Part shown: piece after piece, positions 40,761 to 51,434 of the stretch | Layout of the letters: each line of letters opens with the position of its first letter | Numbering within the stretch: the stretch's first letter is position 1 | Notes under the pieces: generated by a model | What the model was told of the DNA's origin: nothing | The model's input: only the letters and a program-made list of their open reading frames with translations | Database searches by the model: none | Origin: Candidatus Magasanikbacteria bacterium CG_4_10_14_0_2_um_filter_33_14 | Lineage (GTDB): Bacteria; Patescibacteriota; Patescibacteriia; Magasanikbacterales; UBA922 | DNA: 64,000 nucleotides | Reading direction: 5' to 3' | Assembly (NCBI GenBank): GCA_002793035.1 | Contig: PFPL01000045.1 | Location: forward strand, 9,669-73,668 | Translations under genes and position numbers: made by a program

Positions 40761-41378
40761 ATGATCAAAAATAAAAAAGCTTTTACTCTAATTGAAATTA
40801 TCGTTGTGATGGCTATTTTTTCTATTTTGGTGGCAGGATCTTCTTGGTTTGTGATTGGTACCAACAAAGATTTGGCGGTAATGTGGGAGCAACTAATCAC
40901 TCAAAATGAAGGTAAAAAAACTATTGATCATGTTGTCAATTATGTACGTCGTGCTGAGACATCTAGTGTTGGAGCTTATGCTTTGGATACTACAGAAGAG
41001 TACAATTTGGTTTTTTATGCCAATGTAGATGATGATTCTATGATAGAAAAGGTGAAATTTTGGTTGGATACAGATAATATCTTAAAAGAAACTATAACCA
41101 AGCCAAGTAGTACAGCTTCTTCCAATTTATATGAAAATGGATCATCATATACAGTAAATTTAGCTGAAAATGTGAAAAATATGATTGTTGGTAATCCTGT
41201 CTTTTTGTATTATGACGAAAATTATACGGGGATAGGTAGTCCTCTTAGTGGTAATTTCAATTTTACTGATGTACGTGTAGTACAGGTTCAGTTAGAATTA
41301 GAAAAAGATCCTACAAAAACACCAGTACCTTTGCATGTAGAGAGTAAAGCTTTTATTAGGAGTACGAAAACAAATTAA
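40761..41378 (+). CDS. Type IV minor pilin (PilW/GspJ-like)
   Basis: KKA|FTLIE prepilin motif. Confidence 0.85.
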   Translation: MIKNKKAFTLIEIIVVMAIFSILVAGSSWFVIGTNKDLAVMWEQLITQNEGKKTIDHVVNYVRRAETSSVGAYALDTTEEYNLVFYANVDDDSMIEKVKFWLDTDNILKETITKPSSTASSNLYENGSSYTVNLAENVKNMIVGNPVFLYYDENYTGIGSPLSGNFNFTDVRVVQVQLELEKDPTKTPVPLHVESKAFIRSTKTN

Positions 41379-41417
41379 TTATTTCAATGTAGAATAAATA
41401 TACACGAATAACTTTGT

Positions 41418-42746
41418 ATGAAAGATTTTTTTAAGAAGTTAAAACTAAATAAAAAAGGATCGGCTTTTCTTTTTGTCATGGTTTTTGGTTTTATTGGTTT
41501 TATGACTATTACTATTGGGATGACTTCTTATGCTATTTTCGAGTCCAAGGCTTCGAAACAGACTTATCGAAAAGATCTAGCCTTTCATATTGCGGAAGCT
41601 GGAATAGATTATTATCGTTGGCATCTAATGAGTTCTCCAGAAGATTATTATGATGGACAGGGTAGTGGTGCTATTGGTCCTTATGTTCATGATTATTATG
41701 ATAAAGATGGTAATGTTGTTGGTACTTTTTCTATTGAAATAGATGTGCCTCCACAGGGTACTTATGTTGTGGCTGTTCGTTCGACTGGTTGGTCACTTGA
41801 AAATCCTAATAGTAAACGCACTATAGAAGCTTATTTTGGTTATGAATCTTTTAGTGATTCTTCTTTTGTTGTTAATGCTGATATGCGCTTTAGTTCTACT
41901 AGTTTTGTTCATGGTAAGACATTTGCTAATGGTTGTATAGAGTTTGATGGTACTAGTGATTCTTGGGTAGATAGTGCTAAAGGAGCCAATCAGTGTTCTT
42001 ATGGCAATGATGGCGTTTATGGTACAGGTGGACCAACAGAATTTTGGCGTTATGGTTTGCCGGTAAGAAGTTTTGCTGGTATTGGTGATAATTTTGATAT
42101 GTTAAAAGATATGGCCAATTCACCAGAAGGAATCAATTTAGGATCATCAAGTCGTTGGCATATTGTCTTTTTAGACAATGGTACTTTCAATTTGTATCGT
42201 GTAAATAATTATTCTTCAACTAAATATGATATAACTTCAGAAACTTTTCAAAGTAATCAGAGTTTACCTGAAAATGGTGTTATTTATAGTACTCGTAGTA
42301 TTTGGGTAGAAGGTGTTGTCAAAGGTAGAGTCAGTGTTGTAGCTGATAATGGGGCGGCAATTTTAATCCCGGGTAATCTCTTATATAGTGAAAAACATGC
42401 TGATGATATTTTGGGTTTATTGTCTGACACAAATATCATAATTCCGTATGATGTCCCTAATGATATGGAAATTGATGGAGCTTTATTGGCTAAATCGGGA
42501 AGTATTTCTAGGCCATATTTTTCTTATAGTTATGGAAGCAAATACATTAGAGATTCTTTGAGTGTTTTTGGTTCACAAATACAATATTCTAGCGGTGGTT
42601 TAAAATGGGTTAATAGTTATGGTACAATAATATCTGGATTTATTGATACTATTTATACCTATGATGGAAATTTACTTTATAAACCACCCGTTGGTATTCC
42701 TGTTATTCCGGAATATAAGCTTATTAGTTGGCATGAACTTAATTAG
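41418..42746 (+). CDS. PilX/GspK-like minor pilin
   Basis: KKG|SAFLFV without E5; AFHIAEAGIDY motif. Confidence 0.8.
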   Translation: MKDFFKKLKLNKKGSAFLFVMVFGFIGFMTITIGMTSYAIFESKASKQTYRKDLAFHIAEAGIDYYRWHLMSSPEDYYDGQGSGAIGPYVHDYYDKDGNVVGTFSIEIDVPPQGTYVVAVRSTGWSLENPNSKRTIEAYFGYESFSDSSFVVNADMRFSSTSFVHGKTFANGCIEFDGTSDSWVDSAKGANQCSYGNDGVYGTGGPTEFWRYGLPVRSFAGIGDNFDMLKDMANSPEGINLGSSSRWHIVFLDNGTFNLYRVNNYSSTKYDITSETFQSNQSLPENGVIYSTRSIWVEGVVKGRVSVVADNGAAILIPGNLLYSEKHADDILGLLSDTNIIIPYDVPNDMEIDGALLAKSGSISRPYFSYSYGSKYIRDSLSVFGSQIQYSSGGLKWVNSYGTIISGFIDTIYTYDGNLLYKPPVGIPVIPEYKLISWHELN

Positions 42747-42826
42747 TTAACAATTTTAAAATTTTTGTTGGTAAAAAAATCAATACTTTGTTATAATATA
42801 GCAAAGTAATTTTATTAAAATATTTT

Positions 42827-43693
42827 ATGCAAAAAGTTCGTAAAGGAGTAATAACTGTGGCTGGGTTTGGGACTAGGTTTTTACCTGCTACCAAAGCCAT
42901 GCCAAAAGAAATGTTGCCTGTTTTAGATAAACCAGTTTTGCAATATATAGTAGAAGAAATGGTGGCTAGTGGAATTACCGAAATTATTTTGGTAACAAGT
43001 TCACAAAAGCGTGCTATCGAGGACCATTTTGATAGAGACAAAGATTTTGAAAATTTTTTAGAGAGTAAAGGAAAGCTAGAAAAAATTAGTTCATTAATTG
43101 ATTTATCAAAAAAAGTAAGATTTTTTTATACTAGACAAGCAGAACCTTTGGGTAATGGTCATGCTTTGTTATGTGCTCGTGAATTTATAGGTGACGAGCC
43201 TTTTGTATTTTCTGATGGGGATAGTATTATCGATTCAAATGTACCTGTAGTCAAACAACTTTTGAAAGTTTTCAAAAAACAAAATGCTTCGGTAATTGGG
43301 GTGCAAAAAATAACAGACACAGAAGCTATGACTAAGTATGGCAATGTCTATGGTAAAGCTATCAAAGAAAAAAAGACATATAGAGTAACAGAATTCATAG
43401 AGAAACCAAGTATAGAAAAAGTATCCAAAGATGGTTTGATTGTGGGTGGAATGCGTTATGTTTTTACCAAAGATATTTGGGCGATGCTTGAGTCACAAAA
43501 GAAGGGAAGAGATGGTGAAATTTGGTTGTCAGATGCTGCCAATGCTTTGGCTCAAAAGAAAAAATTTATGGCTTATGAATATGAAGGTGTTTATTTTGAT
43601 ACGGGAGACAAATTAGCCTTACTCAAGGCCTCCATACATTTCGCCAAAAAAGATCCGGATATTAAAGATAAAATAGACGAATTATTAGTTTAG
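42827..43693 (+). CDS. galU: UTP--glucose-1-phosphate uridylyltransferase
   Basis: AGFGTRFLPATKAMPKEMLP and RQAEPLGNGHA motifs. Confidence 0.95.
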   Translation: MQKVRKGVITVAGFGTRFLPATKAMPKEMLPVLDKPVLQYIVEEMVASGITEIILVTSSQKRAIEDHFDRDKDFENFLESKGKLEKISSLIDLSKKVRFFYTRQAEPLGNGHALLCAREFIGDEPFVFSDGDSIIDSNVPVVKQLLKVFKKQNASVIGVQKITDTEAMTKYGNVYGKAIKEKKTYRVTEFIEKPSIEKVSKDGLIVGGMRYVFTKDIWAMLESQKKGRDGEIWLSDAANALAQKKKFMAYEYEGVYFDTGDKLALLKASIHFAKKDPDIKDKIDELLV

Positions 43694-43708
43694 TAATTAA
43701 AATTCTTT

Positions 43709-44440
43709 ATGAAGTTTGGAATTTATAAAATATTTGGAATATTGGTGTTTGTTTTTGTTATATCTTTTTTTAAGATTGATTTGGTTTTTTCTGAAAGTAA
43801 ATATTGTAAGTGTACTTCAGACAAAGGTGTTTGCGAAGAAGGGGCAAAGTTAAAAAGTGATTGTGATAAGATGGTACAAGATTCAAATGGTCAATTTACT
43901 CAATGTGTAATGACAACTACTGATAAAAATTGTTCTGCTCTTGCTACGTCTAGAAAATTCTGTGCTTGTGCTGCTGACAAAAGCGATTGTGGTCCTACTA
44001 TTTATGCTGACTTACCAGAATGTGATAGGAACAAAGGTGCTGTCAATGCTAGTTACCAATGTATTCAAGTTGAAAATGGAAAAGGCTGTAGTTCACTTGT
44101 GGATGCTACCCAAAATGGTGATCAATCTGGTAGTAGTCAAGGAGGTTCAGCTTCTAGCTTTCTAGGTGATTTGGACCCACAAATAAAAGGATTAAATAAA
44201 TTACAAGGTGTAGATAATTTACAACAACTGATTGGTCGTGCCATTTCTGCTCTCTTGGGTATTTTGGGTTCTATAGCTTTGGTTATGATGCTTTTTGGTG
44301 GATTTACTTGGATGACTTCTGCTGGTAATGTTGAAAAAAGGAAAAAAGCTACAGGTATTATAATTTGGTCTGTGTTGGGCGTGTCTATCATTTTTGCTAG
44401 TTACGCTATGGTTAATTTTGTTTTGGATATCTTTAAATAA
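43709..44440 (+). CDS. VirB2/TrbC-like pilin (1 of 11) with Cys-rich N-terminal domain
   Basis: C-terminal GG..WMTSAGN.EK.KKA...I.WSVLG..II..SYA motif. Confidence 0.85.
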   Translation: MKFGIYKIFGILVFVFVISFFKIDLVFSESKYCKCTSDKGVCEEGAKLKSDCDKMVQDSNGQFTQCVMTTTDKNCSALATSRKFCACAADKSDCGPTIYADLPECDRNKGAVNASYQCIQVENGKGCSSLVDATQNGDQSGSSQGGSASSFLGDLDPQIKGLNKLQGVDNLQQLIGRAISALLGILGSIALVMMLFGGFTWMTSAGNVEKRKKATGIIIWSVLGVSIIFASYAMVNFVLDIFK

Positions 44441-44445
44441 ATATT

Positions 44446-45825
44446 ATGTTTAAAAAAATTTCAGTGCTCTCTCTTCTTTCTATATTTTTGTTGACAGCTG
44501 GGTTTGGTTGTAAGAGTGTTTCACAAACTGAGCAAGCATCTATTAAGGCGGTTAAGCTTACTTATTGGACTGTGTATAATGATGTGGATGAGTTACGTGT
44601 TTTGGCACAACAATATACACAGCGTTATCCACATGTGTCTATCAATATAAAACAAGTAAAATATGAGGAATTTGATAGTTTGTTTACCAATGCTTTGGCT
44701 GATGATGTTGGTCCAGATATTGTTTCTCAGCACGTGAGGTGGCTTCGTAAAAATCAATCTAGATTATTACCAGCACCTGGAGTAACAAAGATGCATCGTA
44801 TTGTAATTGCCAATAATTTTTCAAAAGAACAACAATTTTTGACAGATTCCAATGCTTTGCCTTCTGCTAGTTATATAAAAAATAATTATGTTCAAACTGT
44901 TTATAATGATGTTGTGCTCGACAAACAAATTTATGGTTTGCCTTTGTCTATGGATACTCTTTCTATTTTTTATAATCAGGATTTACTTGATAGAGCAGGT
45001 ATTGCCGAAGCCCCAAAAAATTGGAATGCTTTTGCTGAAGATGTCCAAAAACTTACTAAGTTCAATAGTATTGGAGATATCATCCAATCTGGTGCAGCTC
45101 TTGGTACTGCCAATAATATCAATGCCGCTACAGATATCATTGCTATGTTTATTATGCAAAGTGGACTAAAAGTAGCTAGTGGTAATACAGTTACTTTTGC
45201 GGCAGGTATAGACAAAGCTCAAGATAGAAATGTATCTATTTTGAGTGCTCTTGATTTTTATACTGATTTTGCTAGACCTACCAAAGAAGTTTATAGTTGG
45301 AATGAAAAGAAAGGTGATGCCTTAGATGAATTTGTTCGTGGTAGAGTAGGTTTTTATTTTGGTTATTCTTATGATTTTGCAACTATAAAACAAAGATCTC
45401 CTCAAATGAATTTACGTATTATGCCAATGCTACAGCTTGATCCAGAAAATCCAAGCAATGTAGCTAATTATTGGGTGGAGTCAGTCGTCCAAAAAACAAA
45501 ATATCCAAATGAAGCTTGGGATTTTGTAAGGTTTATTACTTCTCCAGAAAATGTAGCCAAGTATACAGAAAAGATTTTTAGTCCAAGTCCAATTCGTGCA
45601 CAAATCACACTTCAACAGGAAGATGAAAATCTTGGACCTTTTGCTACGCAAGCTTTATTTGCTGAAAATTGGTACAAAGGTAAAGATGTGGATGCTGTCG
45701 CTACTTCTTTTGATTCTATGATTACAGAACTTTTGAAACCATCTGATGATGAAAATGATTTATTGAAAAAAGATAAGCAAATCATTATTAATACCGCTGC
45801 CAGAATTCAGCAGACAATGCAATAA
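44446..45825 (+). CDS. Extracellular solute-binding lipoprotein (SBP family 1-like)
   Basis: TAGFG-C lipobox; GPDIV, YGLPLSMDTL..FYN.DL and AWDFVRF motifs. Confidence 0.88.
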   Translation: MFKKISVLSLLSIFLLTAGFGCKSVSQTEQASIKAVKLTYWTVYNDVDELRVLAQQYTQRYPHVSINIKQVKYEEFDSLFTNALADDVGPDIVSQHVRWLRKNQSRLLPAPGVTKMHRIVIANNFSKEQQFLTDSNALPSASYIKNNYVQTVYNDVVLDKQIYGLPLSMDTLSIFYNQDLLDRAGIAEAPKNWNAFAEDVQKLTKFNSIGDIIQSGAALGTANNINAATDIIAMFIMQSGLKVASGNTVTFAAGIDKAQDRNVSILSALDFYTDFARPTKEVYSWNEKKGDALDEFVRGRVGFYFGYSYDFATIKQRSPQMNLRIMPMLQLDPENPSNVANYWVESVVQKTKYPNEAWDFVRFITSPENVAKYTEKIFSPSPIRAQITLQQEDENLGPFATQALFAENWYKGKDVDAVATSFDSMITELLKPSDDENDLLKKDKQIIINTAARIQQTMQ

Positions 45826-45828
45826 TAT

Positions 45829-47112
45829 ATGAAAAATTTTTATAAAATTTTATTTTTTACAGTAATATTGTTTGCTTCATTATTTTCTTTGCAGAGTACT
45901 GTTTTAGCAGCTGGTCCTGTAGATGATTTTTTTTCTTCCGTAGACAAAGGTTTGAATTATCAGTGTTGCCTGTTGAAAAGGTCAAATGATCAGACTGTAG
46001 CTTGTGTAAAAAATCATACAGTAGGGGGTGGTTCAAGAATAGGTTGTTATGAAAATTATTCTGATCCTGAAACTGTAAATGCTAGGATTCAAGAAATGTA
46101 TTATAGTGGTGATACTTTGTATGATTTTAGGACTCAAAATATAACAAAGTTAGAGAATGTCGACTGTAATGCTATTGCTGCTTGTGTAGAGTTTTCAGAT
46201 CAAGAAAAAATGTTTTCAGGTACAATAAGTAAAAGTGATTTTGATTTAATTAATATAGCTACTTTCAATGTCAAAGTATCAAAAATGTTGCCTGTTACTG
46301 ATTATAATTTTAGTAAATTAGAATGTATCAATTGTAATATCACGCCAGGATTAAAAGCTACTAGTGGTAGTTTTTCTATATCAAATAGTAATTTGAGTGT
46401 ACATGAACTAACTATGAATTTTGAGTTGACGCCTTACGAGTATATAAAGGGGAGTCAAGACAAAAAGTTGCCAGCTACTGTTAATTTAGAATTTAAGGCT
46501 AGTGGAAAAACATCTGAGGGTAAAGATCTTACAACTTTTTTAAAATTTCCTTTGATTATAAAAGGAGCCAACTGTAAAGATTTTGATAATGATGAAGCAA
46601 AATGTTCTACCAATAGTGGCTGTCTGTTTGTTTCTGCAACCAAAAAATGTGGAGAAGTCGCCGATGCTTCTCTATGTAGTGTCTTGAACAAAAATGAGTG
46701 TGCCGTTTCTATAGCTTGTACACAGGATGCTAACGAAAAGTGTGTAAGCAATGTTTCCAAAGCTGTAGATGAATATATTGCCAAGGATCATCAAATGCCT
46801 AAAGGTTATTCAGGGCCTTTACCTGAGTGTGCTTTTGATGGCTCTTGTCGTGATGTAAACAAGTTGGTAGAGCTAGCGCTAAAAGTAGTTGATTATTTGT
46901 TTTCTATTGTAGCTGGTTTAGCTTTCGTTTTCTTTATTTATGGAGGATTTACTTGGATATTTTCTTTTGGAAATCCCGAAAAAGTAAAAAAAGGTCAACA
47001 GATTTTTGTCTATGCTGTGATTGGTCTTATCATTGTATTTAGTGCTTATATATTGGTTAGTTTCTTGCTCAATGTTTTGGGTGTGAATGATGCATATATA
47101 ATTATAAATTAA
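45829..47112 (+). CDS. VirB2/TrbC-like pilin (2 of 11) with large Cys-rich N-terminal region
   Basis: C-terminal YGGF.WI.S.GNPEKVKKG....AVIGL.IVFSAY motif. Confidence 0.85.
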   Translation: MKNFYKILFFTVILFASLFSLQSTVLAAGPVDDFFSSVDKGLNYQCCLLKRSNDQTVACVKNHTVGGGSRIGCYENYSDPETVNARIQEMYYSGDTLYDFRTQNITKLENVDCNAIAACVEFSDQEKMFSGTISKSDFDLINIATFNVKVSKMLPVTDYNFSKLECINCNITPGLKATSGSFSISNSNLSVHELTMNFELTPYEYIKGSQDKKLPATVNLEFKASGKTSEGKDLTTFLKFPLIIKGANCKDFDNDEAKCSTNSGCLFVSATKKCGEVADASLCSVLNKNECAVSIACTQDANEKCVSNVSKAVDEYIAKDHQMPKGYSGPLPECAFDGSCRDVNKLVELALKVVDYLFSIVAGLAFVFFIYGGFTWIFSFGNPEKVKKGQQIFVYAVIGLIIVFSAYILVSFLLNVLGVNDAYIIIN

Positions 47113-47119
47113 AAAAATT

Positions 47120-47482
47120 ATGAAAATATCTTTTAAGAGTTCATTTTTTCTTATAATGTCTGTGGCTTTATCATTTTTTGTTTATAATTTGGTACAGGCT
47201 GTGAATTGTGAGGACAATAGAACTTGTCTAGAAAACCCCATAAAAAGTAATACTATTCCGGAAATTTTTGGTAATGGAATTAAGATATCTACTGGTATTA
47301 TGGGTTCACTTGCGTTGTTAGTTTTTATTTATGGTGGGGCTGTTTGGCTTACTTCTGCAGGCAATCCAGAAAAAGTAAAGAAAGGTACGAGTGCTATGGT
47401 TTGGGCTGTGTTGGGTATGGTTGTTATTTTTAGTAGTTATGCTATAATTAACCTAGTTTTGAATGGGTTGGGAGTAAATTAA
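47120..47482 (+). CDS. VirB2/TrbC-like pilin (3 of 11)
   Basis: LENPI and YGG..WLTSAGNPEKVKKG motifs. Confidence 0.88.
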   Translation: MKISFKSSFFLIMSVALSFFVYNLVQAVNCEDNRTCLENPIKSNTIPEIFGNGIKISTGIMGSLALLVFIYGGAVWLTSAGNPEKVKKGTSAMVWAVLGMVVIFSSYAIINLVLNGLGVN

Positions 47483-47624
47483 AACATTGATTGCACGGAT
47501 TTAATAAGATTACACTGATATTTACTTAGTAAGAATATAATTACGATAAATAAGTTATAAAATACTTACAATATTTTTTAAAAAAATATAATTATGTTAA
47601 AAAAAACTTTTGCATTGAAGGGAG

Positions 47625-48083
47625 GTGATACACATGAATTTGTTATATAAGCTTGCTAAATACAAAACAGTTCTTTCAATTATTTTTGTATTAGCTTTAG
47701 GACTTGTGCTATCACCAAATTTGGCTATGGGTCAAGGTTATGATCCAAATGATCCATTCGGCGTTGACGTCGTTGAACAAGGTGATGGTTCAGAGGGAGG
47801 CGGACTTGCTCTAGGTACTTCAGATTTGAGAGCTACTATCGTTAGAGTAATCAATATCGCTTTGAGTTTACTTGGTATCGTAGCTGTTGTCGTCGTACTT
47901 ATCGGTGGTTTCCAATGGATGACTGCTGGTGGTGATGACGGTAAAGTAGAAACAGCTCGTAAATGGATTTTCTCAGGTATTATTGGTCTTGCTATTATTC
48001 TTAGTGCTTGGGCTATCGCTAGATTTGCTCTTGTCAATCTTGGTAACGCTACCAACACTCCTGGTGCTGAAAATTATCAATAA
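47625..48083 (+). CDS. VirB2/TrbC-like pilin (4 of 11; likely the major, highly expressed one)
   Basis: GGFQWMTAGGDDGKVETAR; strong GGAGGTGA SD, biased codons, own upstream gap and downstream hairpin. Confidence 0.88.
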   Translation: MIHMNLLYKLAKYKTVLSIIFVLALGLVLSPNLAMGQGYDPNDPFGVDVVEQGDGSEGGGLALGTSDLRATIVRVINIALSLLGIVAVVVVLIGGFQWMTAGGDDGKVETARKWIFSGIIGLAIILSAWAIARFALVNLGNATNTPGAENYQ

Positions 48084-48205
48084 ATTTAAATTTCAGAGCA
48101 GATATTTGCAAAAATATTCTGCTCTGAATATTTATTTTGAGAGGATAAAAAATTATTTTTCACAAAAATTTTTGGAAAATCATCTTTTATTCTTTATAAA
48201 ACATT

Positions 48206-48634
48206 ATGATAAACAAAAAGTTAATTAATTTAGTTTTTGTTTTTTTATTTGCTTTCGCTGTCTTGGTACCAGCTAGTGCACCAACTTTGGCAGCGCCTAG
48301 TTCTACTTGTGATCAAGAAGGGGATTTATTGGGTCTTGGTTGTGTAGGAAGTAATACAGGTCTTAGTGACAAAGATCCTCGTATTATTATTGTCCAAATT
48401 ATAAATGTTATACTTGGTTTATTGGGAATCGTAGTTACTGTGCTTATTGTCTATGCTGGATTTTTGTGGATGACAGCCGGTGGTGAAGAGTCAAAAGTAG
48501 AAAAGGCAAGAAAGATTATTGTTGCAGCCATTATTGGACTTGCTATTATCTTGTCAGCTTTTGCTATTACTAGGTTTGTTTCTTTTGGTCTTTATCAAGC
48601 AACAATGGGTAGTGAATATCCTGTTGCTAAATAA
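48206..48634 (+). CDS. VirB2/TrbC-like pilin (5 of 11)
   Basis: YAGFLWMTAGGEESKVEKAR motif. Confidence 0.88.
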   Translation: MINKKLINLVFVFLFAFAVLVPASAPTLAAPSSTCDQEGDLLGLGCVGSNTGLSDKDPRIIIVQIINVILGLLGIVVTVLIVYAGFLWMTAGGEESKVEKARKIIVAAIIGLAIILSAFAITRFVSFGLYQATMGSEYPVAK

Positions 48635-48644
48635 TTTTGTATTT

Positions 48645-49310
48645 ATGAATAATAAAAAATTTTTTTTAACATTTGGATTCCTTACTGGTTTTTTTCTTCT
48701 GGTTATGATGTTTGCTCCAGGTTTTGCTTTTGCTGACAATTATGGTCTAGATGCAACTGCTGGAGCCGCAGGTTTGCCTAGTGGTGTAGATTTGCCAACT
48801 GTTTTGGGTAATGTGATTGGTACAGCACTTTCTATGATTTCTGTATTATTTTTTGGTCTCATGCTTTATGGTGGAATTATGTGGATGACAGCCAGGGGAA
48901 AGAGTGAAAACACTCAAAAAGCACTTGATACTATTATCGCAGCTATCATTGGTGTGGTGATTGTCTTGGCTGCTTATGCTATTACCAATTTTGTTTTTAG
49001 TAACGTTCAATCTGGAGCGGGTGGTGCAGGTGGCGGAACTGGAGGAACTGGAGGCAATAATACTCCACCTGTTTCTCAGTCATGTGTTATTGGTAATACA
49101 GAGGTTTCTAGTTTTTGTTCTACAGCATGTAATGTTGTTCAGGATGCTTGTACAGGAAATGATTACTGTCAAGATTTTTGTAAACCTAATGATACAGGTC
49201 TTCTTTGTATTCCTATGGCTTCTCAATCCTCTTTGTGTTCTGTATATTCTAATGTTATTGCAAATTGTACAGCTGTAGAGTCTGACACAGAATTGTGTAA
49301 AGTACAATAA
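48645..49310 (+). CDS. VirB2/TrbC-like pilin (6 of 11) with Gly linker and C-terminal Cys-rich domain
   Basis: YGGIMWMTARG motif; ATG at 48645. Confidence 0.85.
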   Translation: MNNKKFFLTFGFLTGFFLLVMMFAPGFAFADNYGLDATAGAAGLPSGVDLPTVLGNVIGTALSMISVLFFGLMLYGGIMWMTARGKSENTQKALDTIIAAIIGVVIVLAAYAITNFVFSNVQSGAGGAGGGTGGTGGNNTPPVSQSCVIGNTEVSSFCSTACNVVQDACTGNDYCQDFCKPNDTGLLCIPMASQSSLCSVYSNVIANCTAVESDTELCKVQ

Positions 49311-49314
49311 ATTT

Positions 49315-49686
49315 ATGCGTAAATTTTTGGTAACAATTTTATTTGTAGGAATTAGTCTATTTTCTGTTTCCAATGTTTATGCAAAAAAAACTTTGAATGA
49401 TGCTGATAGTGCACTAGATACTGTATCTCAAAAAACAGGAATTGATCAAAAAGATTTTTCAGCTGTTACAGGAAATGTAGTGAACATGATTTTTATTTTT
49501 GTAGGGTTGATATTTTTTGCTTTGATGGTCTATGCTGGTCTCCGTTGGATGACAGCTCGTGATCAAGCCGACAAAGTAGAAAAGGCTAGAAATACGATGA
49601 TAGCCGCTGTGATAGGTCTTATAATCGTCGTAGCCGCTTATGCTATTACCAATTTCTTACAAACCAAAATTATAAATGGTGGTTAA
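49315..49686 (+). CDS. VirB2/TrbC-like pilin (7 of 11)
   Basis: YAGLRWMTARDQADKVEKAR motif. Confidence 0.88.
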   Translation: MRKFLVTILFVGISLFSVSNVYAKKTLNDADSALDTVSQKTGIDQKDFSAVTGNVVNMIFIFVGLIFFALMVYAGLRWMTARDQADKVEKARNTMIAAVIGLIIVVAAYAITNFLQTKIINGG

Positions 49687-49695
49687 AATTTTCAT

Positions 49696-50067
49696 ATGAA
49701 AAAAATAAAAAATATTTTTGCAAATTTGTTTATAGCTTTTATATTGGCTTCATCTTTTACTTTGCCGGTATTTGCTCAAGGTATCAAAAATGCTGGTGAT
49801 AATCTAGATCCTATCGCTCAAAAAGCGGGGATTACTGAAGGTGATGTCGGAAATATTACGGGTACTGTTATCTCTGCTATTTTGAGTCTGGTTGGTATTA
49901 TTTTTCTAATTCTCATGGTTTACGCTGGTATTATTTGGATGACAGCCAGAGGTGATGATAGTAAGACTGAAAATGCTAAGAAAACGATTACAGCCTCAAT
50001 AATAGGTCTTTTTATAGTAGTAAGTGCTTATGCTATTACTCAATTTGTAACTAGTAGATTTAACTAA
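49696..50067 (+). CDS. VirB2/TrbC-like pilin (8 of 11)
   Basis: YAGIIWMTARGDDSKTENAK motif. Confidence 0.88.
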   Translation: MKKIKNIFANLFIAFILASSFTLPVFAQGIKNAGDNLDPIAQKAGITEGDVGNITGTVISAILSLVGIIFLILMVYAGIIWMTARGDDSKTENAKKTITASIIGLFIVVSAYAITQFVTSRFN

Positions 50068-50072
50068 ATTTT

Positions 50073-50480
50073 ATGAAATATATATTTTTTTCTTTTCTAC
50101 TTATTTTTTCTTTTGTTACTTTTGCGCCACAAGCTTTGGCTTTGGATTTGGGAGGTGACACTCTAAAAAATGCTGCTGACAAAGGTGGTTATGACAAAAA
50201 TACCAATGAAACAACTTTGGCTAGCAATATTGGTATGGTAGTGAATATTATCTTGTCTATTATTGGTGTTTTGTTCACTGTTTTGATGGTTTATGCTGGA
50301 TATACTTGGATGGTAGCTAGAGGTGATGAGACAAAGATAGATAAGGCTAAGAAAATTATTACAGCTTCTATTATTGGACTTATTATTACACTTGGAGCTT
50401 ATAGTATTACCAACTTCATTATTCCAAGAATACTTGATCAGACTCTTGCTCAAGTAAATAGTTGGTTATTATTTGTCTAA
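50073..50480 (+). CDS. VirB2/TrbC-like pilin (9 of 11)
   Basis: YAGYTWMVARGDETKIDKAK motif. Confidence 0.88.
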   Translation: MKYIFFSFLLIFSFVTFAPQALALDLGGDTLKNAADKGGYDKNTNETTLASNIGMVVNIILSIIGVLFTVLMVYAGYTWMVARGDETKIDKAKKIITASIIGLIITLGAYSITNFIIPRILDQTLAQVNSWLLFV

Positions 50481-50482
50481 TT

Positions 50483-50899
50483 ATGAATAAATTCTCAAAA
50501 ATTATTTTAACTTTAATTTTTTCAGTGATAATTTTGTCTCCTTCGCTTTCTTTGGCACAGACAAATACCTCTACCAAAAGTACCAAAGACTCAGCTTTGG
50601 AACAACTTCACGCTGGCGCAAATGGAGCAGGCCTTCAAGAACAATCTAGTGATCCTAGAATTATTGCCTCTCGTATTATAAAAACATTCCTTAGTTTATT
50701 GGGTACGATGTCAATTTTCTTGTTTGTATATGCTGGATATCTACTTATAACATCACATGGTGAATCAGAAAAAGTGACAAAAGCCCGAAAGATTATGACT
50801 GGGGCAGTGATTGGTATGCTTTTGATATTACTTTCATTTAGTATTACGAATTTTGTAGGTAACAAATTGCAAGAGAGTATAAATCAGACTTCTAATTAA
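50483..50899 (+). CDS. VirB2/TrbC-like pilin (10 of 11)
   Basis: DPR and YAGYLLITSHGESEKVTKAR motifs; ATG at 50483. Confidence 0.85.
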   Translation: MNKFSKIILTLIFSVIILSPSLSLAQTNTSTKSTKDSALEQLHAGANGAGLQEQSSDPRIIASRIIKTFLSLLGTMSIFLFVYAGYLLITSHGESEKVTKARKIMTGAVIGMLLILLSFSITNFVGNKLQESINQTSN

Positions 50900-50904
50900 T
50901 ATTT

Positions 50905-51372
50905 ATGATTAGAAAAAAAATAATTTTATTTTTGTTGGTAATCCTTGGTGTTTTCTGCTTTACAAATTTTTCTTTAGCGGTAAACTCTACTACTGAGAGT
51001 CTTATTGATTCTATAAATTCTCAGAACCAGGCTTTTGAAAATAGTTCAGAAGTGGGTGCCCCACAAGACATTAGAATAATTATAGCTAAAATTATAAAAA
51101 TATTTTTGGGTTTTGTTGGGTTTTTAGCCACTGCCTATTTGGTATATGGTGGTTATTTGTATATGACTTCTGCTGGTAATGAAACTAGAGCAGAGGATGC
51201 TAGTAAAATTATGCTGTATAGTGCTCTAGGTATCTTTATTATTTTGGCTTCTTATAGTATAACCAATTTTGTATATAAATCATTTCAAGCAAGTTTAGAA
51301 CAGACACAGACGACAGGTAGCCAAAATTCTGGTGGAACAAATTTTTCCAATGAAAATTCTTTTAGACCGTAA
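50905..51372 (+). CDS. VirB2/TrbC-like pilin (11 of 11)
   Basis: YGGYLYMTSAGNETRAEDA motif. Confidence 0.85.
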   Translation: MIRKKIILFLLVILGVFCFTNFSLAVNSTTESLIDSINSQNQAFENSSEVGAPQDIRIIIAKIIKIFLGFVGFLATAYLVYGGYLYMTSAGNETRAEDASKIMLYSALGIFIILASYSITNFVYKSFQASLEQTQTTGSQNSGGTNFSNENSFRP

Positions 51373-51434
51373 CTTGAAAAGAAATTAATTTTTTAGTCTG
51401 ATGAAAAGTCAGACTTTTGTTTATAAGTGAAGAT

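Noticed and set aside
43709-51372. DGR target/template or recombinational pilin cassettes
   Set aside because: No reverse transcriptase and no near-identical TR/VR pair seen; paralogs are full-length and divergent at DNA level.
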